A stretch of 64,000 bases of DNA from Macrostomum lignano (Eukaryota): contig NIVC01001052.1 in assembly GCA_002269645.1 (NCBI GenBank), forward strand, positions 124,001 through 188,000, given 5' to 3'. The notes beneath the pieces were generated by a model. The model saw nothing but the letters and a program-made list of their open reading frames with translations, made no database searches and was not told where the DNA came from. This document shows, piece by piece, positions 20,517 to 32,700 of the stretch. The translations under genes and the position numbers were made by a program. Each line of letters opens with the position of its first letter. Position 1 is the first letter of the stretch.

Positions 20517-23500
20517 ATGCCTGTAATGCATGAACGCCCAAAAATGACGCAGACAATGTACCAGTCGCTCAAACGGCACATACTTCGTCAGCGCCAGAAG
20601 GAGGCAGAGATGGTGGCTCTGGACGCCACAAATCAGCGACTACGCGCCGAGCGTGTAGAGATGCGCCGTCAGACAGCGCTGAGCCTGCAGAAAACCGAAG
20701 AGGAAGTCAAACGACTGGAAAAGAAGCTTGAAGAGTTGCGCAAAGAGAAGACGAAGCTGTTTAATCGGTTTAAGGTAGGAATACCCGTTTGTCAATGCTA
20801 GCACATAACCCTGGCTGGCAGTTAATCAATGGCATTATTAGTGGGCTTTTCGCCATAAATATTTTCCGCTGCTAGTGGGGGCGGGGGCAGAGCGTTTTGG
20901 GGGTGTAGGGGGGGGGCAGAGTCCGTTGGGGTGTTTGGTTAGGGGCAGCGTCCCTTGGGGGGGTGTTGGGGGCAGAGTCCCTTGGGTGTGGGGAGGACAG
21001 AGTCCGTTAAGGGTGTGGGGGCAGAGTCCCTTGGGGGTGTGGGGGGGGCAGAGTCCCTTGGGGGTGTGGGGGGGGGCAGAGTCCCTTGGGGGTGTGGAGG
21101 GGCAGAGTCCGTTAAGGGTGTGGGGGGCAGAGTCCCTTGGGGGTGTGGGGGGGCAGAGTCCCTTGGGGGTGTGGGGGGCAGAGTCCGTTAAGGGTGTGGG
21201 GGGCAGAGTCCCTTGGGGGTGTGGGGGGGCAGAGTCCCTTGGGGGTGTGGGGGGGCAGAGTCTCTTGGGGGTGTGGGGGGGGCAGAGTCCGTTAAGGGTG
21301 TGGGGGGGGCAGAGTCTGTTGGGGGGGGTGTGGTGGGCAGAGCGTCCGTTGGTTGTGTGGTGGGCAGAGCGTCCGTTGGGGGTGTGGTGGGCAGAGCGTC
21401 CGTTGTGGGTGTGGGGCAAGCGTCCGTTGTGGGTGTGGGGGCAGAGCTTCCGTTATGGGTGTGGTGGGCAGAGCGTCCGTTGGGGTGTGGTGGGCAGAGC
21501 GTCCGTTGGGGGTGTGGTGGGCAGAGCGTCCGTTGTGGGTGTGGGGGCAAGCGTCCGTAGCGGGTGTGGGGGCAGAGCGTCCGTTGGGGTGTGGTGGGCA
21601 GAGCGTCCGTTGGGGGTGTGGTGGGCAGAGCGTCCGTTGTGGGTGTGGGGGCAAGCGTCCGTAGTGGGTGTGGGGCAGAGCGTCCGTTGGGGGTGTGGTG
21701 GGCAGAGCGTCCGTTGGGGGTGTGGTGGGCAGAGCGTCCGTTGTGGGTGTGGGGGCAAGCGTCCGTAGTGGGTGTGGGGGCAGAGCGTCCGTTGGGGGTG
21801 TGGTGGGCAGAGCGTCCGTTGGGCGTGTGGTGGGCAGAGCGTCCGTTGGTTGTGTGGTGGGCAGAGCGTCGGTCGTGGGTGTGGGGGCAGAGTCTGTTTG
21901 GATGTGGGGGCAGAGCGTCCTGTTGGCCCACATTTTAGCCATAGACAAATTTTCATCAAGAGAAATAAAAGAAGAGAAGAAGAGGGAAGAGACATATGGG
22001 AACTCATTATCACATTATCGGGCTCGCCTAAAGCCTCAGTGACGTAAAAAAGCCAACCAATAATCATTTGCCCCCGATCCTTAATAGTTATCCGATACTC
22101 GAATCCCGTTCGTTCAAACAGGAGGTCTCAGCCGAAGAGTCAAATCAGAAGGAGCGCCAAAAAGAGGCGCAAACTCAACTGCTGCAGCTGTCGCAACAGT
22201 TTCCCCAGTATGGCGCCATCTCTGCCGGGTTGCCGGCGCCTCAATTGCGCGCTCTCGGATACGTGGCTCAGGCTGGCTGTTCAGGTCAGCAGCAGCCGCC
22301 ACCGCCGCCGCCCCCAACACAGCAGCAGCAACAGCAGCAAGTGTCTCTAAAGCGACGCCGCTCGCCCAGTCCTTCGTCTGTAGCGTCGGCTCATTCTAGT
22401 CCAATGTGTCAGGTAAATTTTATGCTTACGTCTATGCAATAAGTTACAGCGGCCCTGACTTTCTGATCAGTACACACCTCTGTGCTTTGGGGATTGGCCT
22501 TTATTGGTTACTAAAGTATTCGCTTAATCGCCACTATTATATCATCCAGGTTAAGCAGAGTTGACAGCGGTTAGTATGAAGTGATACATTTTGGCCTTGA
22601 AAGTTCTGAACCAGTTTAAATGTATTTATCCAGCCAATCAATGCACTCTAACTAGCAGAAACTGAGAACGCGACCACTGCCTCAGCCCATGAGAAACTGT
22701 CGTGTACCATCTAAATTATTCCTCAATGCGAAATACCAAAGATCTATATAAGTTACTGTTATATGAACCACTAAAAATGAAGCTAGAAACTCGCCTTTTG
22801 CTCGCCTACCCGGACAACTGATGCACTGAGAGTCCAGTAGACCAAAGACACCCCCAAACGTAATAAAATTTTTCAAGTACACGTGTTAGTAATGTATTTG
22901 ATGTGATATTCCTCGTTATCTCGCTAATGCATTCAAGTAAAAGCTCCGCAGCCCTGACAGTACGAGTAATAACCTCCGACAGGTCGCCTCAGCCGCTTCT
23001 GTTCTGTCGCAGCAGCAGCAACAGCAGCAATACCGGGTGTCAGTAGCTGGCAAGCTGCCTCCACCCGGCAAGCTGCCTCCGCCGGGGGTTCCGCCGCAAC
23101 AGCAGTTGCCACCGCCGCAGCAGCAGCAACTGCCACCGCCGCCGCCTGTGACGGTGACAAGCCTGGGCTTGAATCCATTCCACGGTCAGCTGCTGTTTGC
23201 CCAGCAGGCGGCCGCTCAGCAGCAGAGCCAGCCTCCGCAGGCCGGCATCAAAGTGTCGCAGGTGCAGCCTCCATTAGCATCTTATCGGGGCTCCATCACT
23301 ACTGGCCAATCGGCTCAGCAGATGCAATTATTGCAACAATTTCAACCTGGCGCCGGATCTGCTTTCGCCGCGCAGCAGCAGCAGCAACAGCAACAACAAC
23401 AGCAACAGCAACAATTGCCGCCGCCAGAACAGCAGTCTGCTGCAGCTGCCGCTGCCGCTGCCGCAGCCGCGTATGCCCGGGCCTATCCCGGTGCTAACCT

Positions 23501-23564
23501 GCCCGGTTTGTTTGCACAGCAACAGCAGCCGCCGCCGCAGCCTCCAAACCGGCGCTTTATGTAG
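20517..23564 (+). CDS. GPS2: G protein pathway suppressor 2-like (N-CoR/SMRT complex subunit), 3 exons, 376 aa
   Basis: Exons 20517-20774, 22122-22412 and 22983-23564, all phase 0 GT-AG. MPVMHERPKMTQTMYQSLKRHI...SLQKTEEEVKRLEKKLEELRKEKTKLF|EVSAEE resembles the GPS2 N-terminal coiled coil. The C-terminus is Q/P/A-rich. Confidence 0.8.
20875..21915. repeat. G-rich minisatellite in GPS2 intron 1 (two related 20-25-bp unit types)
   Basis: GGCAGAGTCCCTTGGGGGTGTGGGG units (~20900-21310), followed by GGGCAGAGCGTCCGTTGGGGGTGTGGT units (~21330-21870). Confidence 0.95.
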
Positions 23565-23641
23565 CTTTATCAGGTGGCTACTATAACTTTCGTAATTCAA
23601 GTCTAGATAAGGCTTTTTGTAAGAAAGTTTATATGGTCTAT

Positions 23642-24065
23642 GTCTACGGTAAACTCACCCCGCAGCGTGCAGGATTGGTTATGTCTATGGTAAACTCACC
23701 CCGCAGCGTGCAGGATTGGTTATGTCTATGGTAAACTCACCCCGCAGCATTGTAGGACTGGTTATGTCTATGGTAAACTCACCCCGCAGCGTGCAAGATT
23801 GGTTTTGTCTATGGTAAACTCACCCCGCAGCGTGCAAGATTGGTTTTGTTTATGGTAAACTCACCCCGCAGCATTGTAGGACTGGTTATGTCTATGGTAA
23901 ACTCACCCCGCAGCGTGCAGGATTGGTTATGTCTATGGTAAACTCACCCCGCAGCGTGCAGGATTGGTTATGTCTATGGTAAATCTTCCCACAGCGTGCG
24001 GGATTGGTTATATCAATGGTAAATTTCCCCGCAGCATGCAGGATTGGTTGTCTGTGGGCTAGCTT
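23642..24065 (+). repeat. 41-42-bp tandem array, ~10 copies
   Basis: Unit GTCTATGGTAAACTCACCCCGCAGCGTGCAGGATTGGTTAT, starting at 23642, 23683, 23724, 23766 and onward. Confidence 0.95.
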
Positions 24066-24154
24066 CATGAGACATAGACTGTGAAATTTATATTTTATCA
24101 ATTTGCACTTAAAACTACAGTAAAGTTTTAATTAATTTTTTATCTTTAGGCTAG

Positions 24155-27100
24155 CAGGGTGTCCGCGCGAAATTCAATATTAATTTCCAGGTTTTTCCAG
24201 GTTTTTCCAGGTTCAAATAAGTAAAGCTCCAGGTTGCTACCTGGTGAAGCTTTATAAAATGAAACGTAAAAAATGAAATGGAAAGTAAAAAATGGGTAAA
24301 ATATACAGTCTATTGTCAATGAGCCGTCCATTAAAACTACAAGACTAACATTGAACGAAACTGAAACTCGCAAAATAGAACATAAAATGGGACATTTATG
24401 GAAGTGAAAATAAAGCAAAATATGCATGACAGTAAACGTTCCGCCAATGTTCAGCAAATAATTATGAGCTTTTTAAGTACTTGTAACTAACTGTCGTCAG
24501 TTACCAAATGTACTTAGGCGAGCCTTTTGCGCAACTCCTCGACACGAGCAAGCGCCTCTGTCTCTTCAGCCAACAGAGCACGTCGCTTAGCTTCGAGCTC
24601 CTGTTCGATTCGGAAAATCTCGTCAGTCGCTTTTCTCTTCTGGGATACGGTGACCGCTGTGTTCGATTTCTCCTCGTCTCGTTTTTCCTCCAAGGCATCA
24701 CGGTAACGCTGCCTGGCCATTCTGACACTAGATAGGAGATTTTTGGAGAGTAAGATGTTCTTGCGGCCACCAGCTACTGTTATAGCATCCTGGACTTGGC
24801 GCAGGGACACCAAAGAATCCTGCAGGAGGTTAGGCACCAGCAAGTCCTTGTTCACAGAAAATCCACTTTCAACAGTGGCATTGCCATGCGACATTATCAA
24901 GACCATGCTTATCGGCTTCCAGAGCGCATCTCTGGCTGCTAGCTGCAAGCCGTGAAGCACACTTGCAGTGGCTTCTGCACCAGCAAGCAGGTTCCAGTAG
25001 AGCGTGTCTACTCGCTCACTCGCGGCATTAAATGCGGCCATTGTTCTCTGAACCTCTGGACTCTCCACAAAAGTCCCAAAACTGCGTTGAGCAAGGTCGC
25101 ACCCATCTGCAGATAGTCGATGACACTCCATGAGGTCCGTAAGTAGCATCCGAAAGCGCTGTTGGCTGACTTCTGGAGAGCTGCAAATGAGTGTTGGCGA
25201 GAGAGAGCTAGCTCCGCGAACAATTGGATATCGAAGAGGCGACTTCTCTAGAAGTTTTTCAATCAATTTGCAGTAGAACTGCTTGCATTCCGAAAGGAAT
25301 TTCAGTTTGTCCTGCTCTGAAATCGTCTTCTCAGCAAGAGCGACACCCAATTCTTTTCGTGCGGCGAATCCAATGTCAATTAACTTTGCTGGCAAAGCAG
25401 CCTTATCCAGTTCCAAATTCGCCAGATCCGACACGGAAGCCTTGGTGACAATCTGTTGCGTAAAATAATAAGACAATATATATACTATGGAACTACAGTT
25501 GAAGTCAGTCGGCTGCATTGAATTACCTACTTACCTCAGGCTTCAAAAAAAGGCGACCAACAGTAAGAACGATGACGCTCAGCTTCTCATAGAGAAAGAC
25601 AAACATCGGCTTCTTTGTCTGAAATTCGAGTAAGAATGGCTCAAGAAGCAGCGAAACACTGCGGAAGAACTGAAGCTTAGCTGAAAGAAGCGGATCCTTG
25701 CACGCATCGCGAATCTCGCCCATCAGTTGACTTCCTTCGCCTTTGACCTTAAATTTAAAGCGCAACGTTTTGACAGCTCCGATTCTGTTTAAACATACAT
25801 ATGTTTTGGCTACTGTGGATAATTAAGATATACAAAAAATGTTTTTCTCACCGCTGCTTTCCGGAGCCACATCTTAAGGTTAGGCAGAATGGCAATTGCT
25901 CGTGAAGCCACAGGAGAATTCTCTAGCCAGCGGACAAGGCAAAACTTCAGTGGAAATTGGGTGTCGTTAGCTTTCGTGAGAGAAATGTACTCAGCTCGAC
26001 GTGCTGGACAGTCCTTAAGAAGCCGGTATAAGCTCCGCAAAAATCTGTTGAGCTCCCATGAAGTTGCAGCATGGCCGCACTGAAAAGCTCGGCTGACGGT
26101 ATGCAAGCCGCATGTCCCAGCTTCAACAGGAACCGGGCTTTCAGGAATAGCAGAAATTTTGCCTTTCAGCAGTCGTAGAGTCTTTAAATTTACATTTGGA
26201 CCGTCCATTGATACTTGTAGTACGGATGAAAGTGGCAGGTTTTTTAAGACGGACTCGAGTGCTTCAAGCAGGTTTTCCGCCTTGGTCGAGCCTAAAAAAG
26301 CAGATCCAAGATACTGGGATTGAACCTGATGGCGTTTGTTATCCCAGAATCGAACATGAACGTCCATCTGACTCTTTTGTGTAATCTTGTTTAGAGCCTC
26401 ATCATAGCAAACTACGATGTCGGTACAGGCAGCCAGGTTCTGGCGCAGCTCTTGCTCGAAGAATGGAGCGAGTCCAAATTTCAGCATGTAGCCAATCTGT
26501 TGGAATGGATGTAGAGTAGGGTTTTTAACTTTAATGTTGCATTAATTTTTAACTAGGTTAAAAATAATTACACAAAATACATAACAATTACATACCTTGT
26601 CTCGGCCCAATGAAAAGTGCTTAGCAATTTCACTATCAGGAAACATATCTTGAAATGTTTCAGGCAGCCCATCAGCCGAACGCATGCTGTAGTTTTTTTC
26701 AGCACAAAACAATGCCCACGTGACTTCAGCCTTCAGGACAGCCTCCCTAGTGAAGTAGTTCAACTTAAGGACAGTAGATTGCTGTGGTTGCTGAAGTGCT
26801 ACTAGTTGTTCTTGAACCGTAACTGTTGCTGTAGATGGCTCCACAGTGTCACTGATACCATCCTTGGGCTTCTGTGACTGCTGCTGAGATGATGACAGCA
26901 TTGCACGAACACTGTACTGGGAACTCACAGCAGTGGCATTCTTTACATGTGTTGACTGGCGCATGTGGCTATCAATTGCAGCTTTGCCCATGTTGCTCAA
27001 CTTGAATTTTTTGTTGCAGACAGCACAAAAAGCAGCAGCTGAATCCCCTGGTGCCTTCTTTAAAAAGGTTGCATATTGTGGAAAACAGTTGGCATTCAGC

Positions 27101-27736
27101 CAAGCATCCAAGAACCTTGACATAATCAGGACTGTGATAGCGCAGTGCTCAGTGCTAGAAGAAAAATTCAGGAAAGCTAGTAGATCGTAGAACACCAGGT
27201 TCAAGTAAACCTCATACAATTCTCTACACTATATAAAACAAACTGTCTTCATTACATAATATGAACTGCTTCTACTAAATTCATCGATCTGAACAAATGT
27301 CAAGACATTACAGTTATAGGGTCTTGTAGATTGATTAAATCTAGATTATTTATTTCTTGTATTATACTAACTGAAGAACAAAATTAAAAGTATAGAATAA
27401 AAGACTTTGCTATAAATATACAATTTAATAAGAATATAACTATACAGGAGAGGTTGTATTTGTAACATACTATGACATGGTAGCAGCATTTTTTAACAAC
27501 AAAGTTTCTATCACATCATATAGCATAATGGCATGCATTACTAAATTATAGTCTATTTCCACTTTCACATTACACAGATCATAGGAAGAATGATAAATTC
27601 CAGGTTTCCCCTCCCACATTGGTGTATTTCCAGGTTTTTTCTTCTGTTTTGGGGCGTTTCCAGGTTTTTCCAGGTTTTTTTGCATTTCCAGGTTTTTCCA
27701 GGTTTTTCCAGGTTTTTCCAGGTCGCGGACACCCTG
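24155..27736 (-). mobile_element. hAT-superfamily DNA transposon (3582 bp) with 6-bp TSD
   Basis: TIR CAGGGTGTCCGCG / CGCGGACACCCTG, flanks GGCTAG (24149-24154 and 27737-27742), subterminal TTTTCCAGG repeats and an internal transposase. Confidence 0.9.
24514..27123 (-). CDS. hAT transposase, 4 exons (27123-26596, 26496-25852, 25784-25535, 25452-24514)
   Basis: BED-like finger (FCAVCNKKF...SHMRQSTH), YDEALN, SMDGPNVN, GTCGLH, RWLEN and C-terminal HGNATVESGFSVNK. The exon 2/3 phase needs one base removed, for example from the A-run near 25859. Confidence 0.82.
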
Positions 27737-27960
27737 GGCTAGTGATGTCTTGAGTTAACGTCTACTACATGTACGTTTAGTCAAATTATACGGTCCAAAT
27801 CTGGCTAAAATTTAATGAAATTGTGCAATTAATAATAATTGCTAATATTTAAAAAATCGATTTCACTGAATATTGCAAATTCTTTATTATGTTTAAAAGA
27901 ACTCAACTAAAATTGGAGGTCTGTATTTGTTGATGTAGTCTTCAGTGCTGATAAATTTTG

Positions 27961-28036
27961 GCCATAGACTATATATAATAAATCAGTGCGGTCCGGTACT
28001 TTTTTCTCCCGACCTTGTTGCATCATAGTCTATGGC
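27961..28036. mobile_element. 76-bp mini-element with 10-bp TIR
   Basis: GCCATAGACT ... AGTCTATGGC; no TSD seen. Confidence 0.4.
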
Positions 28037-28639
28037 TGAACCCCTTACCAACAAGCATATAGTCGTCAAAAAAGCTAGAAAACATCCAGATTGATATTAA
28101 TTGTTTAGGTTAGTGAAAATTTTAGTATATTTAGATTAAAAATATTAGTGCAATTATTTGTCGTTTTTAATTGAGTTGCAAGTAAGCCCTCAATGAACTG
28201 GGGAGTTTATGCTTTATATCTATATTTTACTATGATCTGCAATGCTTGCTAGTCGCTCGATCGAGCTAAGTTACAATTGGATATTTAACTATGGCTTTTA
28301 ATGTTACCGTAACATTACATTTCTGATGTCGGGCGTTTGAACGCAGCTGTACCATGCGATTTTTCAGTGTTTATTAATTATATCGTTAATTGTCTGTATG
28401 CTCGAATATTTTTCGAACTGTAATATCACCGTTGTTGTTAATAAATGCACAATTGTACAGTAATGCTACAGCTTACAGGGCTACCTGTCGCCCTTTTCTA
28501 TTTCTTGCGCTGTAAATGGAAACTTCGAGTTGTTGTGAAATGACTTTGAGTTGTTGATTTTAATATCCGTATTTGGGTATCTTGAAATTCTTAGTCGACT
28601 GTGCTTTGTGGGGGGGGGGGGCTGGCCCTCATGGCTGTG

Positions 28640-28716
28640 AGCGCCGAACGAATCTAGCCTCGCACGGAATCGAACCCAGGACGCGCTTACCTACCGCTGA
28701 GGTACCGGTTCAAGAC
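28640..28716 (-). repeat. tRNA-derived SINE head fragment
   Basis: The minus strand has an A-box-like TACCTCAGCGGTAGG and a B-box GGTTCGATTCC, without a full cloverleaf. Confidence 0.35.
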
Positions 28717-29773
28717 TACAATAATAAATAATATCATTTAACACCACGTCAAAAATAGTTACTGACATGTTCACAAAAATAACAATTAACAACCACTGTG
28801 ACTTGCTTGTGAATTTACGAGCTAAACACGCATAAATTTTTCCTATTTAACTTAATGCATCAATAAGGTATATTGCAAAACACACATTATAAAAAAATTT
28901 TTAACTTTTACCAACAATACGGGGTAATGGTCAGAGAATTGAGCTATGAGAAGCACCGTTATCAATTGAGATAAAAATGCAAATATTGTATAGTACAGTT
29001 TTTAAAAGCTAAATACACGAAATTTTAGCGATTTGTAGCATCTCATCGAGTGCTACAAACTGCACTAGCGAGTTAGGAAGAAGTACTTCTTGTTTACTGA
29101 GTTTCTCAAGCGTCAGAATCGTTTCTAAGCATCTCTCTAACCTCTACTGTTGAGCCTCTCTGACCCGCAGAAATGCGGTCTTACATTTTTGCAGAATCTG
29201 GCCACAGCATTTTGCATCAAAAACGGGTTCCTATTTAAATTGGCCATAAAATCGTTAACATTAGCGGAACGCCGAAACATGCTGCTATGCAATGCGACTA
29301 AACTAAGAGGCGTCCCAGATGTGTTTTTGAAGTCGCTGCAGATAACATGCAAGGTAAATAGGAAAGAAGTGACTCTAGACAACTCTATAACGAACGAGAT
29401 GTCCTATAGTATAAATCGCCAAAAAGAATCACCTAGTTCTAAGAGTAATTTGAGACGTTTCATTGTCTGCGACCTTGGGGCGCTTTTATAATGCTACTTG
29501 GGGCCGTAGAGTCCTATCTGTGACGTGCTAGTGTCGCTGTAGAATCACTGAGTTGCGTCTAAAGAGCATCTGTGTTACGTATCAGATTAAACATGCCAGC
29601 TTTTGAGGGAGTTATTTGTATAAATCACGAGGGCCGAAAATACAAATAACTCCCTCAAAAGGCATGTTTAATCTCGTATAAACCATAGACATAAAGACTT
29701 TACGGGATATTATTGAATATTACCACGGAAATATTGTCACGGAACATTGTCAACGTTCTCAACGCGCATCAAT

Positions 29774-32700
29774 TTAACCAGACCTGCTAACAGAATCGCT
29801 TATCGATTTCACAGCCTTCAACAGTTCCTGCGCCAGCGCTCGACGCCTCTCATTTAGCCGGACATTGGTGGACTTTCCAACAATGTCCACCCCAACTGTC
29901 CGAGCCGTCTCCAACGCCGAAGACAAGTTGGCAATCCAGTCTCTAACAGAGTCGCTTTCAGTGACGCGATGATTTAGCAATTCTGCAATTGGCTCCAAAC
30001 CGATAGACAGACAGTCCACTCCGCCAACGCCTGCGCTAGTAAGAGCTGCCGCTGCCGCATCGCAGGCCTCTGATAAGCCTCTGGCAAAGGCGTCAATAGG
30101 GTCGCTATGGTTACTAATCGAATTCGCAGCATCGACTGGCTGAGGAAGAAGCCCAGTTCCAGCTAGCAGTTGCGTCATCAAGCAGCTCTGCTCCTGCAGT
30201 AGAAACCGCAGCTCGCAGACGAATTCTTCAGATTCGCCGACGCCAGTCCAGACTAATCGGCAGCCGGCGACAGTGGCTGGCGCTACAATCCAGTCAGTGT
30301 TGTCAATTGCGACTCTGTGCAACTGCAGCACCTGCCTCCGAGGCTGCTGCTGCTGTTGATTCTTGCTGTCAATATCGTTAAATAGTTGCGCCCTAATAGA
30401 CGCTATAGACAATCGAGATTGCTGCTGGCGCTCAGGTGAGAATGAATAACGCTGAGTGGATTGCAGTTGGCCCACACAGTCGGCAAGATGCCTTACCGCC
30501 GCTGTAGGTAATGGAAAAGTGTGGCAACGGTAGGTCAGACTAGCTATAGGCACTCATTTCATTTTGATGCCCGCTTAAATAAATCTTACAATATGATTCT
30601 AATTTTGGCCATAGACAAAAGACGACAGCAATGATATCAATGGTCGCCGAGGTCAATAAGCGAGGCACGAAAGAATTTTTGCCCTAGACACTTGGTATTA
30701 ATGGGGATTATAGTTAGCCTAGGCGTGTTGAAACGGGGTGAAACGCACAGCATCCCGCCCGCTGCAATAATCTATGGCCAACTTCAATAAGTAAAAAAAC
30801 TCGTATGCATATAAGTATCTAGTTAATGTTTCTACAACTTGTATATTTTAAAAGTATCTTAGTTCTTAATTCTTAAGAACTAAGATACTTACTTAAGAAC
30901 TTAAGTACTTAATTCTTAGTATCAGTTACTATTTTTGTCAGTTACTCAACGCCCCCTTGACCCCGCTTTCTTCTGACTTTGCCATAGACATTTTCAGCGG
31001 GCCGTGAAACTGACTGAATGCATTGAAGTAAATGGGATTTTACCATAGACAGTCTATATTGGTATAATATGTGATGCATCCCATGCACCCATGCAAATAA
31101 ATTAAATTTACACTGAGACCATAGACGTTCGCCCGGGGCAAGTGGGGGATACATGGATGGAAGCTGGACAAGAAAATTCGTGGAACTTTGCCAGGAAGCA
31201 CACACATGGTTAATATGCGCCAGTTCTAAGACCGGGCTCGGCAAACTCCGGCCCGTGAAGCCTCTCAATCCAGCCCTCGGGTCCATTGAAACTTCGCGAT
31301 ATCAATCCGGTCCGCTCAATAATTGTCTCTTCGCACGCAGTTCTTTCTCTTTCTCTCGCCTCTTCTCTCTCCCCTTCTGTCTCTTCTCATCTTTCTCCTC
31401 TCTTCCCGTTTCGCCTCTCTCTCTCCTCTTCTCTCCCCTCTCTCATCTCACCTCTAATCTTATATCCTTTCTACTTTCCTCTCTCATTTCCTTTCTATGG
31501 CCCGCAGCTATGAGCTGTATTTTCTATTTGGCCCTTGACCCCTGAACTAAGGCCATAGACATTTCGTCTGTGCTGCACAAGTAAAGCTATAACCCCCACA
31601 TGCAGAGCGAAGGCTTCGTATAGACACTTTGTGGAGTTACAGGCCATACACTGCTTGCTCTTTAGTCCATTCGACCTGTCTGCGCTAAACGGTGAATGGC
31701 TAACACAGTAAAACAGTAGTGTTACTGTAAGTTCTTACCACAGAGTAAAAATAATGAAATATCTTACAATTATGATTAATATCAGCTGCCTCCTGCAGCA
31801 GCACAGTCTGCCAATCGCAGTTCAGTAAAGTACCAGCATTCAATTGCAACGCTCCCAGTTGACGATGAAACCGATCTGACTCCGAATTGTTGAAGCGCAA
31901 CTCTATGGTTGCCTGGCAACAACAATCGGTGCCGCTAGTCCGTTGGCACCATGCGATTAGGCGGCGACAACAGCCGCTAGTGCTGAGTTCGCTACCAGAT
32001 ATGCTGATCTCATAGCTGTGCCACAAGTAACTGCTGGCCTCTGCGCTGCTGGATGCCAACGGCAACAGCTGCAGAGAGGCTAACAACTGGCCATTGTGCT
32101 GATTAGTGCCGGAGTTTTGCCTGCCGTATGGGTATTAAAACACTACTGTAGTAACCTGTAGTAATCAGTGAGTGCCCATCTGAGAACTTAAGTTTTATTG
32201 TCATTTTGGATTCGTGCCAATAGGTCGCATATGTAAATATGGTAAAGTATAACTTTAATTAATGTACTCGTAAATGGTAAGATTGGGTTTACAGTGGTAA
32301 GGGACACAAACGTGTGCTAGGGGCTCCAGTGTACATGTGTAAGAGGGCGCCAATGTGTGTTAGAGGGCACCAATGTGTGTGTTAAAGGGCGCAAATATGT
32401 GTATAAGGGTGCGCCTGTGTAGAGGGCGCCAATGTGTGCTAAAGGGCGCCATGTGTGTGTTAGAGGGCACCAATGTGTGTGTTAAAGGGCGCAAATATGT
32501 GTATAAGGGTGCGCCTGTGTAGAGGGCGCCAATGTGTGTTAAAGGGCGCCATGTGTGTGTTAGAGGGCGCCATGTGTGTTAGAGGGCGCCAATGTGTTAG
32601 AGAGATTAAATATGTTGGATGGCACCAATGTGTGTCGGAGCGCCAATGCGTGTGTAGGGGCTTAAGTGTGTGTTATGTCGAGCGATTCAATGCGTGTTAG

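Noticed and set aside
20838-22067. Long Pro/Thr/Gly-rich ORFs on both strands
   Set aside because: They are translations of the G-rich minisatellite inside GPS2 intron 1.
23642-24065. 41-bp regularly spaced repeats as a CRISPR array
   Set aside because: The units are head-to-tail with no unique spacers, there are no cas genes, and the context is eukaryotic with spliced genes.
29137-29491. 113-aa and 81-aa ORFs
   Set aside because: No ATG, motif or splice context linking them to a gene model.
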